DNA of 64,000 bases from Lingula anatina (taxonomy: Eukaryota > Animalia > Brachiopoda), in NCBI GenBank assembly GCA_051362555.1, contig CM120644.1, positions 13,166,567-13,230,566 of the forward strand, written 5' to 3'. How positions within the stretch are numbered: position 1 is the first letter of the stretch; every line of letters begins with the position of its first letter. The translations under genes were made by a program, and so were the position numbers. The notes under the pieces were generated by a model, which saw only the letters and a list, made by a program, of their open reading frames with translations, had not been told where the DNA came from and did no database searches. Of this stretch, positions 25,971-38,267 are shown in pieces.

Positions 25971-27387
25971 TATTATTTATTTTTTGGCCCATTGATATAC
26001 AGCATAGAGTGCTAGCAGAAAAATCTGTTCAAATATTTTTTCTTTTCTTTTTTTTTTTTTTTTTTTTTTTGGAGGGGAGTTAATTAAACTATGCCTTTTG
26101 GTAATCCTCTAAGTTATACTACTTGAAACTATATGCTGGCATTTTGTTGGCTTATGTGCATGGCCAAAATTTACTTCATATGCACCTTTAAACTTAGCCC
26201 CTTGAAATTACTTTTAATCTTGAAAAAAAAACTTGCACATTCAATCATATCTGCCACAGGAAAAAATTATAGTTTTAATAGTCTTGATGGTTTTAAAAGT
26301 CAGTTTTGGTCATTTCCACAGAAAGGAGAAATATCAAAGTGCAAATACATGTGTTTTAAAAGAATGCTTTGAAACCTATTCTCCTTTTATTTTAGATTAC
26401 AGAAATGCATGTCAGAAGGAAAAGAAGGCATATGTGAAAGGTGAGTAAATGTATTTTCAGTGAGTGTCAAAGACTTCTGAACAAATCTAAGAATTTAAGT
26501 GTATCACCCTCATACTGACTTATCTCTTCTTTGTGAAACTAATATGTCTGATAATTCCATAATTATTGTTGTTTTTTTTTTTTTTAATAGTAACACAGAA
26601 TCCAAAATGTTTCAGTGTTGCCTTGCTTCTGAATAACAGGAACCCCACTTTTTTTTAGTTCAAAACAACCATGCAACCTATGATGAACTGTTCATATATA
26701 TAAATATATATTCTTAATGCATCACTTTTTTGGTAGAATAACATTTTATGTTTTAACTTTTTTAGATAAAAAGGACAACCAGAGCAATGGTAGTTGTGTA
26801 AGTATATTGTTAATTGACCTGCAATTGCTGTTGCATATCTTTTCCACTAAATGCTGAAAAAATTGTAATTTCCTCTTTCAAATAATAAGTACATTTTACA
26901 CACATGAATTCAAATTTAATAAAGCTTTCCCTGTGTTATTCAAGGAAAAAAATCAGAGCCAGCTTGTAATGCAGCAGTTGAAGAAAGTGTTTCAGTGCCT
27001 CGTGCATCATTTGTCCCCCGTCTTACTCCCACCATCTCCAACCCTGTGCCCTCCATATCTCCCCACACCCATACCATATCCAACCCTGTGCCCTCCATAA
27101 CTCCCCACACGCATACCATGTGCCCTCCATATCCATCCCCCCCCCCCCCATCTGTCTCATTTAGTTTTTTAAATGAAGTCATGCTTTCTTTATTTATTGT
27201 TTAAATTCTCTTTCTTTCAGTGTATGTTATTAACAACTTGAAAATGGATGGGCCAGCAATTAAGCACACTATGAGTGCAAAAATTCACTGCAAAGAGGGC
27301 CTTAAAAAAGGTAGGAAAAGTATTTTTAACTGTGATTAGGTTATACCATGCCTGCTAAATTTATTTTAGTTTTACTTAACAACATAA

Positions 27388-27390
<3 letters not shown>

Positions 27391-27433
<43 letters not shown>
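27391..27433. repeat. (AT)n microsatellite inside transposon copy 1
   Basis: Read directly from the sequence. Confidence 0.9.
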
Positions 27434-27435
<2 letters not shown>

Positions 27436-28351
27436 TGTTTTTATTAATGGAAACTACTAGAAGCTTACTTGACAAACTACCTGTGAGTGCAACAAATTTT
27501 ACAAGAAATGTCAAGTTTTATTTTTCTTGTCTTTCAGATGTGATATGGTGCTTGTATCCCAGTCAAAATTTGGTCTGACTTCTCTAGCGAGTGAAACAAC
27601 AGCGGTGATATGTTTTCCAGAGATCAACTACAACCTGCCTGATCTTTACGTTTATTTCTCTGGCTGACAGATTTGGAGTCTCCTAGGACAGCAGGGACTA
27701 TCTAGCTATCAGTTCAACTGACCAAACTCACTCTGAGCTCTTATACTAAGTTCTACTCCTTATATACTTATACACACAAAATACATTACAGTGAATCATT
27801 AACAGGATTGAGATATTGAAGCCAGTCAACAGAATTAAGACATATTACTAAGAACTCTATAATTAAACTCGGACTTCTTTAAACTTGGATGTAAATAAAG
27901 TTGTTGAATCCTCTTAAAGATTAAAGCATCCTTTATAGCTTGGTTACTGTTCTTTCCAATGAATAAAATGCATAAGCAGATTCACGTTGTATCATTATAT
28001 CAGAGACATCTGAACAATCTTTACCAAATGTTGATTTAATTTGATTTAAATGTGCAAGTTTCTAAAATAAAATATTGAAAAATGTTTATGGTGTTTCTTA
28101 CTGATATTCTGTGTGTGCTATTTTTTCATTCATTTGATAATTTTCTGTATGTGTTCTGCCAGCTGCACTATATGGCTAAAATACAGTAATAAAATTTTGC
28201 TACTCCATGATTTCAAATATGGCATACATGATTGAGATTTAATTTAAAAAGAAAACTGGCATAAATAAAAGCATAATCACTGGGTTAAATATTAGTTGTC
28301 AGTCTACTGCAATAGTGGTACTGCAGAAGAATGTTTTTTCGATTTGTTTGT

Positions 28352-28382
<31 letters not shown>

Positions 28383-28389
28383 GTTCCGG

Positions 28390-28796
28390 AAAAATTCGCG
28401 AGAACAGTTCTGGAGATTTTGCAGCAAATTTGCAAGAAGGATTTCTTATGAGTTTGCAGAGCATTCGCAAGAACAGTTCTGAAGGGTTTGCAGCAAATTT
28501 GCAAGAACTTCTAGTGAATTTGCAGAAAATTCGCAAGAACAGTTCTGGAGAGTTTGCAGCAAATTCGCAAGAACTGTAGTGGAGAGTTTGCAGCAAATTC
28601 GCATGAATGGTTCTTGAGAGTTTGCAGCAAATTTGCAAGAAACCTGTGACAGATTCCCTTTTGTCATGCTGATTAAGTTTGTGGGGAGTTTGCAGCAAAT
28701 TTGCAAGAGACTTAATTTACATGGTAAATTTCCTCTTGCAAATTTGTTGCAAATTTGCAGCAACTGTTTGCAAGAAGCCTTAAATTTTGCTAAGGG
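28390..28796. repeat. Right subterminal repeat field and right TIR
   Basis: Repeated (G)AGTTTGCAGCAAATT(T/C)GCAAGAA units ending in ATTTTGCTAAGGG. Confidence 0.9.
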
Positions 28797-31700
28797 TAGA
28801 CATTGTATTATTAGCATTTCCCTTAACTCCCAAAGAGGAAGTCTTGGCAATAATCGAACATCAGCCTAACTGCAATGAAACTGATTAGATTCACTGGGGA
28901 GAGTATAGTTTGCCCAAAAACCGGATAATCCACAGGCATTTTTGTTCTGCTCGTTTGAAGATTAAGAAAATAAAATTACCAGAATGCAACCACCCATACA
29001 TATGCGGGTTGGATGTAATTATACCTCAACAATGTAAACACACAATGCTAATGTTCACCACATCCCGCGATGCCGTGCGCATCATGCAGGATTCTATTAG
29101 TTTCGAAGCCGTTCTATCTTCTTATGTTCTGTATGTCAGATGTTCCTTAAGCTTAGTATATTAACAATATACTTTACCGTTTTCATTTCATGTTTAGGTA
29201 CATTGGAACTTTAAAGGCTGATTAAACACATGTACATGTATTGCTTTATTCAGAAATTGTATATTTCTTTGCATGAAATGAAACTTGAATACTGGATGAT
29301 CACAAGCTGAGTATGTGTATGTGCGTGCATGTACGTGCGTGCGCGCACGAGTTGGTGTGTGAGTTTGAGTGTGTGGACATGTATCAAGTGGTATATATTG
29401 AGTTTGACAGTCATATATCGTTGAACTTCAATTTGTTGCATTTTGCAGGGGATTATAATTTATACATCATTTTTTTAAAAAGCACCTGCGATTTTTATTT
29501 ATTTATTTATTTATTTTTTGGGGGGATGGGGAATTTTTGAGTTTTCAATTGATAATACTTTAAGAATAGTTCATTCATGCACCTCAAATACACAACATAT
29601 GATAGCAATTTAAGAAAACTATTATCAAAGCCAATTGGGGTGGCTTATATGAACACCAGCAGTATCTGCCTATGTTCTATCTTTATGATGAATGCAATGA
29701 GTTCGTTGAGATATCATACGGTATTGCACAAAGAAACAGAAAGCGTATGTGTTAAATGTATAAAGTAAACAGCACTTGAAACCCATACATAATGTATAAT
29801 GTGTCTTCATTTGTATGAAAAATGGTCTAGAAAGGGTATTTGTTAAATTTATCGAGCGCACAGCACTTGAAACCAACGTATAAATGCATAATGTTTCTGG
29901 ATCTGTAACACCATCTGTATGAAAAATGGTTATTTTCACACATTTGGGACGCAATCATTGGTAGAAGTCCGTTGATTTCAGACATCTGGTTTATGGCCAC
30001 AACAGATACCGCAAAGACAACTAATTTATCGGTCGGAATCAGTATTTTGAAAAAACGCATTTAGGTGTAGATCAAAGAACCGAGTGATTTACGACGTTAT
30101 TTTGGTTTGGAATATAAATGCTATACATTTGATAAGTGATCAATACGGGGGTGGGCTCTGAAATTCCCTCTGGACTTGTGTACTTTGTATAAAGTGCTAA
30201 GGACCTGCACAAAATATGAGGAGATAATACACATGTATAATATATGGAGAATTAAATACACGGTATTACAGTTAATTTTGTTTGATCTCCAAGAAACAGG
30301 CTCTTTAACTTTACAAATCAACGAAAAATTTTTTTGCAAGCAGTTTACCTACAAAGCTTATATTCAAAGTTATGTATAATATACACGCATAAAAGTACAA
30401 ACATAAAAGTACGCTTTATGGTCAGTGACATCTTTAATGATTCTGACCGGCTGGTGCAAAAGAAGTGTGTGTAACTAGTATAAGCACAAAGTTTCTGGAA
30501 TAGTTTCAATTCAATTTTGTTTCTGTATATGTAGTAAAGTATCTGATACAAAATTGTCCTCGGTCTATAGGGGAAACGTGGGTGTTGGGATGTGTGAATA
30601 TCATTTCATCCTAGTACAGACCAATATTATGTATGCATATGAAACATGTAAACGTTAGCCAGCTGTGGGTTAGTACTAGATGTACCTTGTAGCCATCCCG
30701 GGGCCATCAGTGGCATCATTTTATTGTAAGAGTTTATGCTAAACGTTTCTCTTAACACTGTACCTATTTATCACTGTATTTGCCCTACAACGCATTGCAC
30801 GCGTGTTCCCTGAGTCAGTACAATAACCTTTCTTCATCACTTTGTCTAGTATGCAGTTTGTTCTCTTCCTAGATATAAATCCATCTTTGGGCATAATATG
30901 AACATTGTATCTATAAGTTGTATAATGTCTGATTACACTTTCAAGAACCTGCCTCCTACGCAAGTCAGTTGTATTTGGCCAATGCATCTACATTAATACG
31001 GCTAGCAATCTTGTATCGTTACCTTCTTATATAGGCCTAAGGAATGATTGCATTTGGAACTGTGTATATCGTGATAGTCATACAATGTACATCGTAATGA
31101 CTTGTCAATGATTTGTCCTAATGTCTATCAATACCCATTGCTTCGGGTAAATGGATGTTCAAACTAGTCCGCTGACAGTTGTAATTGCACTTATCACGAC
31201 TGGGATGTCGTATTATTGACGTCACAATTCTGATGTAGCGTTTTTATTGTCCATTTCACAATGGGAAACTAACCTTTGGCGTCTAAGGCAATATAGTGGC
31301 TCTGTTTACAATTAAAATTGGGTTGGATGTTACAGGCGTGCCTAGATGAAACACGTCGTTACTATAATCATTATCATAACACTAAGTACCAGTAACAAAT
31401 ATGGGCAGATATTATCCAGTGCATTATGTAACCATTGGAAGTTAATTCTAAAACCAGATAGTGCTCTAAGAGAGCAGACGGGGGAACAGAAATCTTTAAA
31501 ACATCCGGATCCAATTTAAATTGTAATTTTTTCTATATTTCGCCACAGATTAAAATTCTGTCCAGAAAAGTTAAACACAATTTATATATAATACCTGTTT
31601 TATCTATTAAAGAGCAGACGAACGAAGTTTTACAGATGAAACATAACCTCATTCGATGCCGATGCTGTCGTTGCACGCATGAGCTAAAAGTAGATGCAAG

Positions 31701-32758
31701 GAGGAATTTACCTCCAAATCCTCAAGAGTTGGCGCCATTCTCTTTTACATGGGAACATCGCATCGTAACATGCATACAACGTTTGGTGCGTGGCAGCAGT
31801 TAAGATTCAGGAGTTAAGAAGCATCATGGGTATTCACATCGGCGTATTAGATCTGCAAAACCATTTGCTTGTCAATGACATGGCGTCCCATTAGAGCTAC
31901 CTTGGATGTAAACATCGACCCTCGAGGGATTCTTAATCCAATCCCCATGTGATTAACAGAATTAACAGTTCAATAGGAGAACTGGGGAGTAATAATTTGA
32001 TTTAGCCAAAGAGCCAAGCTTATTTGAAATTCCAGTTACCTTTTTATTTTGAGGAATCATCCCTATTTCCTTCTGGCTAATTAGGCCTTAACTGAGATTT
32101 TTTGGTCCGTAAAAAAGAAAGCGTGCGGGATTTCTGGGAAATTGAATTTTGAAACCGATGAGACTATCACCTTGACTTTGAGGTATTGAAAGGAGGATTT
32201 TTGCGCCAAAACTCATATTGTACAAATTCTCCCTGGGTAACGGCATTTACCCCTCAGTTAACCAACCTTTAATCTTCCTCTCCTGACACTCGCCATAACT
32301 CTGTAACAATTTTGGAAAAAGCCAAAGATCGAAAATCCGTCTTTCAAATACGTCATTCATTTTATTGACTCGACTTCCAGATATCGCGAAACTCTCGTGG
32401 CGTTTTAAAATGTGCCAACATGACTGACTACCGAGGTTGGCAGCTACGGTGATCATGATTATTTTTTGCAATATTGATTAAGGCCATTTATCTGTCATTT
32501 TGTGTTTTAAAAGTTTTAAATGTTTTAAAAATTACCCTCAGGTAAGTTCAACAAGAAGCGATCCATGCACTTCGAATGCTTTTTAAATCCTACATTGGAT
32601 ACATTTTATTTAGAAGTTATTTATCATTTGCCAAATTGAAGCTCTACTGAAACCAAAGGCCCTACGTGTTAACCGTTTCAATTATCACGCCATGTATTCA
32701 TTTACTGTGGGAAGCAAAGACACCTATTGTTATGTATTACATCACTACCTTTACCTAA

Positions 32759-32969
32759 AGCCCCCTTTACACTGGACGGCGTCCTTTCTGCGTCCCGTAG
32801 TGCTGCCCCGTTTGAGAGTAAAAAACACATAATACTTCACGTGCCGATCAATGAAAATTCCTTCTGCAACGAAAGAGATGCTTGGGCCTTCTTTTTACGA
32901 ACACAGCGCTGCCAGTTTCCTGGTCGCTCAAAGGACGCAGAAAGGACGCCGTCCAGTGTAAAGGGGGTT
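32759..32969. mobile_element. PIF/Harbinger-like MITE (211 bp)
   Basis: 35-bp perfect inverted core CCCCCTTTACACTGGACGGCGTCCTTTCTGCGTCC; TAA on both flanks. Confidence 0.88.
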
Positions 32970-34816
32970 TAACTCACTGTTATCGTGCCGCTATGCAAAA
33001 GCCACTCTGTTTGATAATGGCACAACCTTCAATGCAATGATCATTGGCACTCAGAACCGATGTTTATATAGGAGAGGACTCCACCGACCTCGAGAGCAAG
33101 CGAACTACTCGCCCTTTTGGAGCGCGTCAGGTCTGGTTAAAACAATAGAAGGTAATGAATTCTGCAAATGCTATTGCCAGTACGTTGATTGTATTTCATC
33201 GTGAAAATACGTGTTTTTTTTTTAATTTTGACAGAGAGTCATCTGATCAAAATGCCACAGTACGGTTGCCGCAAAAAATAAAAATACAAGATATACATTT
33301 TGTATTGGTATTTTCAGATATGAGTTTATGAGTTTTTCACGGAATTTCTAAACTATTAGTTTAATTGTTATGTGGCCTCAGTAGGACCCGATTAAGTGTT
33401 TGGTCCTTTAGTGCAACTTGATATATGTAGTTTTTCGTCTGTTTTTGTTGTTTTTTATCTTTTTTTAATTTTTTATACGTCTTTCCAGTATCATTCGTGC
33501 AACAGATGATAACTGTTGTCAGGATAAATCCCAGTTAGCTTTAAAGAAGGATCAAAGTTGGGCTTACTGCCATCTTAAAATTTAGTTTTCTTTGAACGTA
33601 GTCTGCATCCCTGTCTCAACACTTTTTTGCTAATGAAGTTGTTTGCCGAGTTCAAATGCATTCCAGCAGACACTTGTACTTAGTAACAAGATTTGCTTTG
33701 CCATATTGAGCAGTGAGGTTTCCTTTTCTTTATGCAACGTGTGTGTGTGTGTGTGTGTGTGTGTTCTACTATACGGAACATTTTAACAAATTGCTTTCAT
33801 AATTAAAACGATATTCCTTATGTGTTAGGCAGACTGAGGAGGCAGTACGTAAATTCTAACAAAAGGAAACATCATACACGCAGGTATTGACTTTGACTGA
33901 TGCTTGCAAAACCATAAATTGACGAAGAGCTTCCAGGATATCATTTTAAGTTTTCATATCGTTTTATCTTGCTTGAATGTATATTCTGCATTAATTTACG
34001 AAGAAACATTTTTCATTTAAACTACAGCGAATGGCTTTTGTGTAGATGCACGCATTCGCATTTGATACAAATGTATCAATCATCCCATATTATTGTTCTA
34101 GGAAAATACCAACACTGCAACGTCAGAGTGACTTTTGCACTAAATGTAACTACTTCAAAATTAGTTCACACTCAGAAATGTCGCAGTAAAGAGTTATTTG
34201 CGGATGTATTGGTGGTCTCCCAGGGATTTCTAAACAATAAAGCAATTTTTGATACTTTTCCTTACCAAGAACACCTAGCTATATTGCAAGATGATCTTAA
34301 CAGGAAACCAGGCCTTGCCAAGTAAGCCGTGCACGTATACAACAGAGTTGTTGAAAGTGCAAGTAGTTTATAGGTGCCAGAGGTCATTCATATTCGCTTT
34401 ATCAAAATATGTCGTATTTTCCCGATACTACGCAAAAGCCAGTCCATTGTTGGTTCCTAGTATTGGAATAGTGATATATAGGAGAAAAAATAACAACTAC
34501 TATAACACACACATACACACAAAGAACAATGTGTTTGACTTCTGGGTATAGGAAATAGGCAATTATTGATCGTGACAAATAAAGAAACTGAAAAGAAATT
34601 GTGTATAAATTGTATATCTGCCATTCTATATTTTGTTGTCCGAGTGATATATGTGCAGGAGCCACAGAAACTGTTTTTCCCAGCAAACAGATTCAATTTG
34701 TATGTACATGGATATTCAAGTCTCAAAAAGTTGCCTTTTGCTGGTAATGAATTGGAATTTTGCTTATCTAGTAAGCATTTTTTGTGGGGAAAAAGAGTCT
34801 AAGAGGATGATATTAA

Positions 34817-34863
<47 letters not shown>
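34817..34863. repeat. (GA)n microsatellite
   Basis: Read directly from the sequence. Confidence 0.9.
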
Positions 34864-35326
34864 TGTGACCCAACTACTAAACCTTGATCTATTTTGACAG
34901 GCCTACAAATTACCCCATGTTATAGAGATATTGCACATTCTCCTAGACCTTTAATGTTGTGCAGTGATCTGTGTGAAGTTCATTAACAGTGACATTAGGA
35001 AGGAACAACGCTCTAATTGACTTTGAAAAAGCTCTGAATTAACAAGGGAGATACGTTTGGCGAACTGATACCGATACGTGGCAAAGCAACGGGATGTCGG
35101 TTTCAGTTCTGAACTGTGTGTTTCTCGCCCCTAAACTAGATAATTGTTACGACGCGGATGTAAGTTGTTTAATTCAATGACTGGTGGGAATTGTGGTGTA
35201 AGTTTTGTGTAGAATAGGGCCTACTGCTGTCCCATTCGGTTCTTTTCGTCAGTTTTTTTCTTAATATTTTTCTTTATAAAAAAACAAAAACGAATAAAGA
35301 AATATGGATTAATAAATCCCTCTGTA

Positions 35327-35328
<2 letters not shown>

Positions 35329-35366
<38 letters not shown>
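35329..35366. repeat. (GT)n microsatellite
   Basis: Read directly; similar tracts occur at ~33739-33764 and ~51296-51327. Confidence 0.9.
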
Positions 35367-35368
<2 letters not shown>

Positions 35369-37395
35369 CCACAGCCGTATCTCAGATGCAGTTGGAGCTT
35401 GGTAAATTGATGGGTGTAAGTGCTAACATTCTTAATTCCAAACACAAACACACTTACGAACACACACAAGAACAAACACACACACATACACACGTAAGAG
35501 TTTAATAATTTAAGATAAATTTGTTTTGTCAGGGGGAATATCTGTGTCCCTTATTGATAGAATGTTTATGGTAAATATACATGTAATATCGTTCGTTAAC
35601 TTTGCGTATAGGCGGGACATATGGCTAAAAGTGCGATTATTTCTTGCGTTTTCTTCAGGCTGCATGTTTTGATAATATAATCAATACATTCAATAAGAAA
35701 AGGAATTCAAATTAGTGAAGCGTGCATGAAAATATTCGAACAGACTATAAGTTTTTTCTTCGGTTTTTAAAGATTTGGAACTCCACATTTTAAATTCTGT
35801 TCTTGAATATTTGGTCATGTGACGCAGTTATCAAAATTGACCTCCCTTTCACTAGGATCCCTTTCTGCAGAATGCGTGGGAATAATTTTATATCTCATTG
35901 GCCTCCTGGGACTTTGACCATTTGGTTATATTTAATCAAAAATCCCTTACGGTGCTCACAAAGCCCATCAGCGTGTGGATGGTATGGTAAACGCTAACCT
36001 GGAGCGACATCTATATCAACCAAAGTATCTGAATTATGGGATTGGGTGATATATTATTCTTGTGGTTTAAGTGGAATAAGTTGTTAAGGTATTGGTACAA
36101 GTATAAAGATGACCGTGTCCACGTGGAATTTCAGAATCTGAACCGATTGTCTTATGGCTAGTTTTCTTGTATGTAGATGCCTTCTGGGCGGTTCTTCAAA
36201 CACCATGGTATATGTAGGTATACTTTGTTTCATATACGCTGCATGTTAGGGGGATAAAACAACAGTGCCAAAGTGATACGACCAGGGGTAATGGACATCG
36301 TTTAGCTGTTCTTTATGCATAATTTTTAATATTCTATCATTTGCATGCAAGTTAGCATATTTTGTACAGTTAATCAGAAGTGACAGTCATATGCGCTTAT
36401 CGTGACGGGGAGTAAATTGTTAAAACTCAAGATTTCAGTGTCACAGTGGTTTGCGAGGAGGGATTGGATTGGTCAAGAGGTGTAAACGCCTTAAACCTGT
36501 CTTCCGTCATATGCAATGCAAACAGTTTTGCGAAATTACAATGAGGGTTTTGATGACATAAAAATGTATGGTTCTAATTTTTCAATTTTATTATCGAAGT
36601 TTCTCTCCCCCCCCCCCCCCTCCGAGGCCCTAGTAGCTGATTGAAGGATTTTAACCTATTTTGTAACTGACCAGCAAAGTCAAGAAGGGCCTCTGCTACT
36701 TTTTGGTGGACCATACTGGGCGTTTTTTTTTCTTCTTTTTATTGCACTCTGACAAGTGAACCAGAAGTGCCATGTGTATTTTGAATGTGGATTGAATTCT
36801 GTGAATGTAACCAATATCTGCATGTAGCAACGACACGCAGCATGTAGATTAATCTTGATTTTGTTATTAAATTAATGCTTTTGATTGAGCATGACAATTA
36901 TATTTTCAATACTTTAAAAGTTCGCCTACATATCCTTGCAGAGTAGGTGAATGCGTGCAAGCGTGCTTGTGTTGAAAGTCTTGGAGGCCGATGAATTTGT
37001 GCGGATCAAGAGTTAAATAAATTGTTGCGTGACCAAGTTCATGCACACTCGATGATTTAAATGTGGATGAACTTGGGGAAAAATGAAGTGCCGAACCCAA
37101 TGACCGGAGTTAATTGTCCTAAGAGTGTCAGTGCGCAAATACGTGATTCATGTATTCATGAGTGCTATCCACTAAGGAACGCATTGTTTTTCACTGCAGA
37201 TCTTAGCGTGCGCTCTTGCCTCTCCTATTTCGAGTGCCACGAATTGACTGTTCCAAAATACGAACGTGCACATAGATACAACCCGGTGAAAAGTGAATCG
37301 TGTAGACTTGAGACTAAGCGCAACTCCCCAAAAAAATCAGCGTTTGTCCCTGCCAACATAAAGATTAGGTTAATTCTCTCCATAAGTGGATGCAT

Positions 37396-37625
37396 TTGAA
37401 TGGGGAGAAAGAGAGAGAACACATAAAAACTGAGCGGGAAAAAACACATGCCAAAGCATCGGTTCTGGTACTTCTCTCACGGCAGATTTGTTAACATCGA
37501 GGAAAACACTTGAATGGGGAGAAAGAGAGAGAACACATAAAAACTGAGCGGGAAAAAACACATGCCAAAGCATCGGTTCTGGTACTTCTCTCACGGCAGA
37601 TTTGTTAACATCGAGGAAAACACTT
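37396..37625. repeat. Perfect 114-bp tandem duplication (2 units)
   Basis: TTGAATGGGGAGAAAG...GAGGAAAACAC occurs at 37396 and 37510. Confidence 0.95.
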
Positions 37626-37931
37626 CAGTTAGAAGAGCAACAAGTGAGTTTTTTAAGCAGGTTGAGTTAAGGTTACCACGTGCTTCTTGTTTAATGGAAA
37701 CCAGACATACGTCTTCTGTCGTTCAATAATTGCGCATTATTGGGTGGGTGGGTATAAATGGAAAAAGCCATGTGGCAACGACAACAAAGCCATGTGGTAC
37801 TCCCGCCGCAAAACGTTGGGATATCATAAGCTCACTTAGCCGTTTAAGTGACTTGATTTGGTTTGGAATTGGTTCGTAGGAATGACATACCGAAAACTAA
37901 GGGATTTTGTTTAAAAAAAACTGAAAGTTAA

Positions 37932-38267
37932 AGGGATAATAACTCTTCGTTTTGGCCAAAAAATGAATTTTCCTGGAGTAAACAACAATTTTCCCATACT
38001 TACCAATGGTTAATGAATCCATTTTTACATTCAAAGTTAGTCTTTGTTTTTTTTCTAAAAAGTTTGCTTTTTGTTAAAATCTCTTAAGAGATTATAACAG
38101 AGTATAGCCATCAATGGAGGTCACGTGATCTAAAGACAAGCTCAGATATCAAAATAATAGCTATAACTGCTGTTTTTATGGTAAAACAGATTACATTATA
38201 TTTCTATGAGTTGTTCACAATGTTTTTATTATGAAATATAGATCTCATACGAAGAGTTATTATCCCT
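37932..38267. mobile_element. TTAA-flanked MITE (Kolobok-like, 336 bp)
   Basis: Perfect 19-bp TIRs AGGGATAATAACTCTTCGT / ACGAAGAGTTATTATCCCT, with TTAA on both sides. Confidence 0.85.

Larger units (their letters stand above)
23309..26187. mobile_element. Kolobok-like TTAA-flanked MITE, split by the Sola2-like insertion (copy 1)
   Basis: Ends are tta-AGGTACAT and ATGCACCT-ttaa. Segments 23309-23510 and 25980-26187 are colinear with the uninterrupted element at 42471-42846 (shared CTTTAGACTGCTCCTTTCTTTAAATTTTTGG and TGCTAGCAGAAAAATC). Confidence 0.75.
23064..27310 (+). pseudogene. Decayed spliced accessory gene of the EnSpm-like element (Tudor-like N-terminus, Pro-rich middle, possible BEN-like C-terminal helix)
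   Basis: AG/GT-bounded exons: 23064-23232 (TWITIGFDKDGVVSVEDVSKFEREEE*EGEVPTVGETLMAPWDGCMYLAKVIYI, with a stop and a frameshift), 26396-26440 (DYRNACQKEKKAYVK), 26766-26789 (DKKDNQSN), from 26945 (GKKSEPACNAAVEESVSVPRAS..., Pro-rich) and 27221-27310 (YVINNLKMDGPAIKHTMSAKIHCKEGLKK). Splice phases are compatible once the first exon's frameshift is corrected. The domain names are inference. Confidence 0.5.
16510..28796. mobile_element. Non-autonomous CACTA/EnSpm (CMC)-type DNA transposon, complete copy 1 (~12.3 kb)
   Basis: Perfect 13-bp TIRs, CCCTTAGCAAAAT (16510) and ATTTTGCTAAGGG (ending 28796), flanked by TA on both sides (2-bp TSD). Dense subterminal TTTGCAGCAAATTTGCAAGAA repeats at both ends, and an EnSpm-like transposase remnant inside. 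Identity with copy 2 begins at the TIR. Confidence 0.88.
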
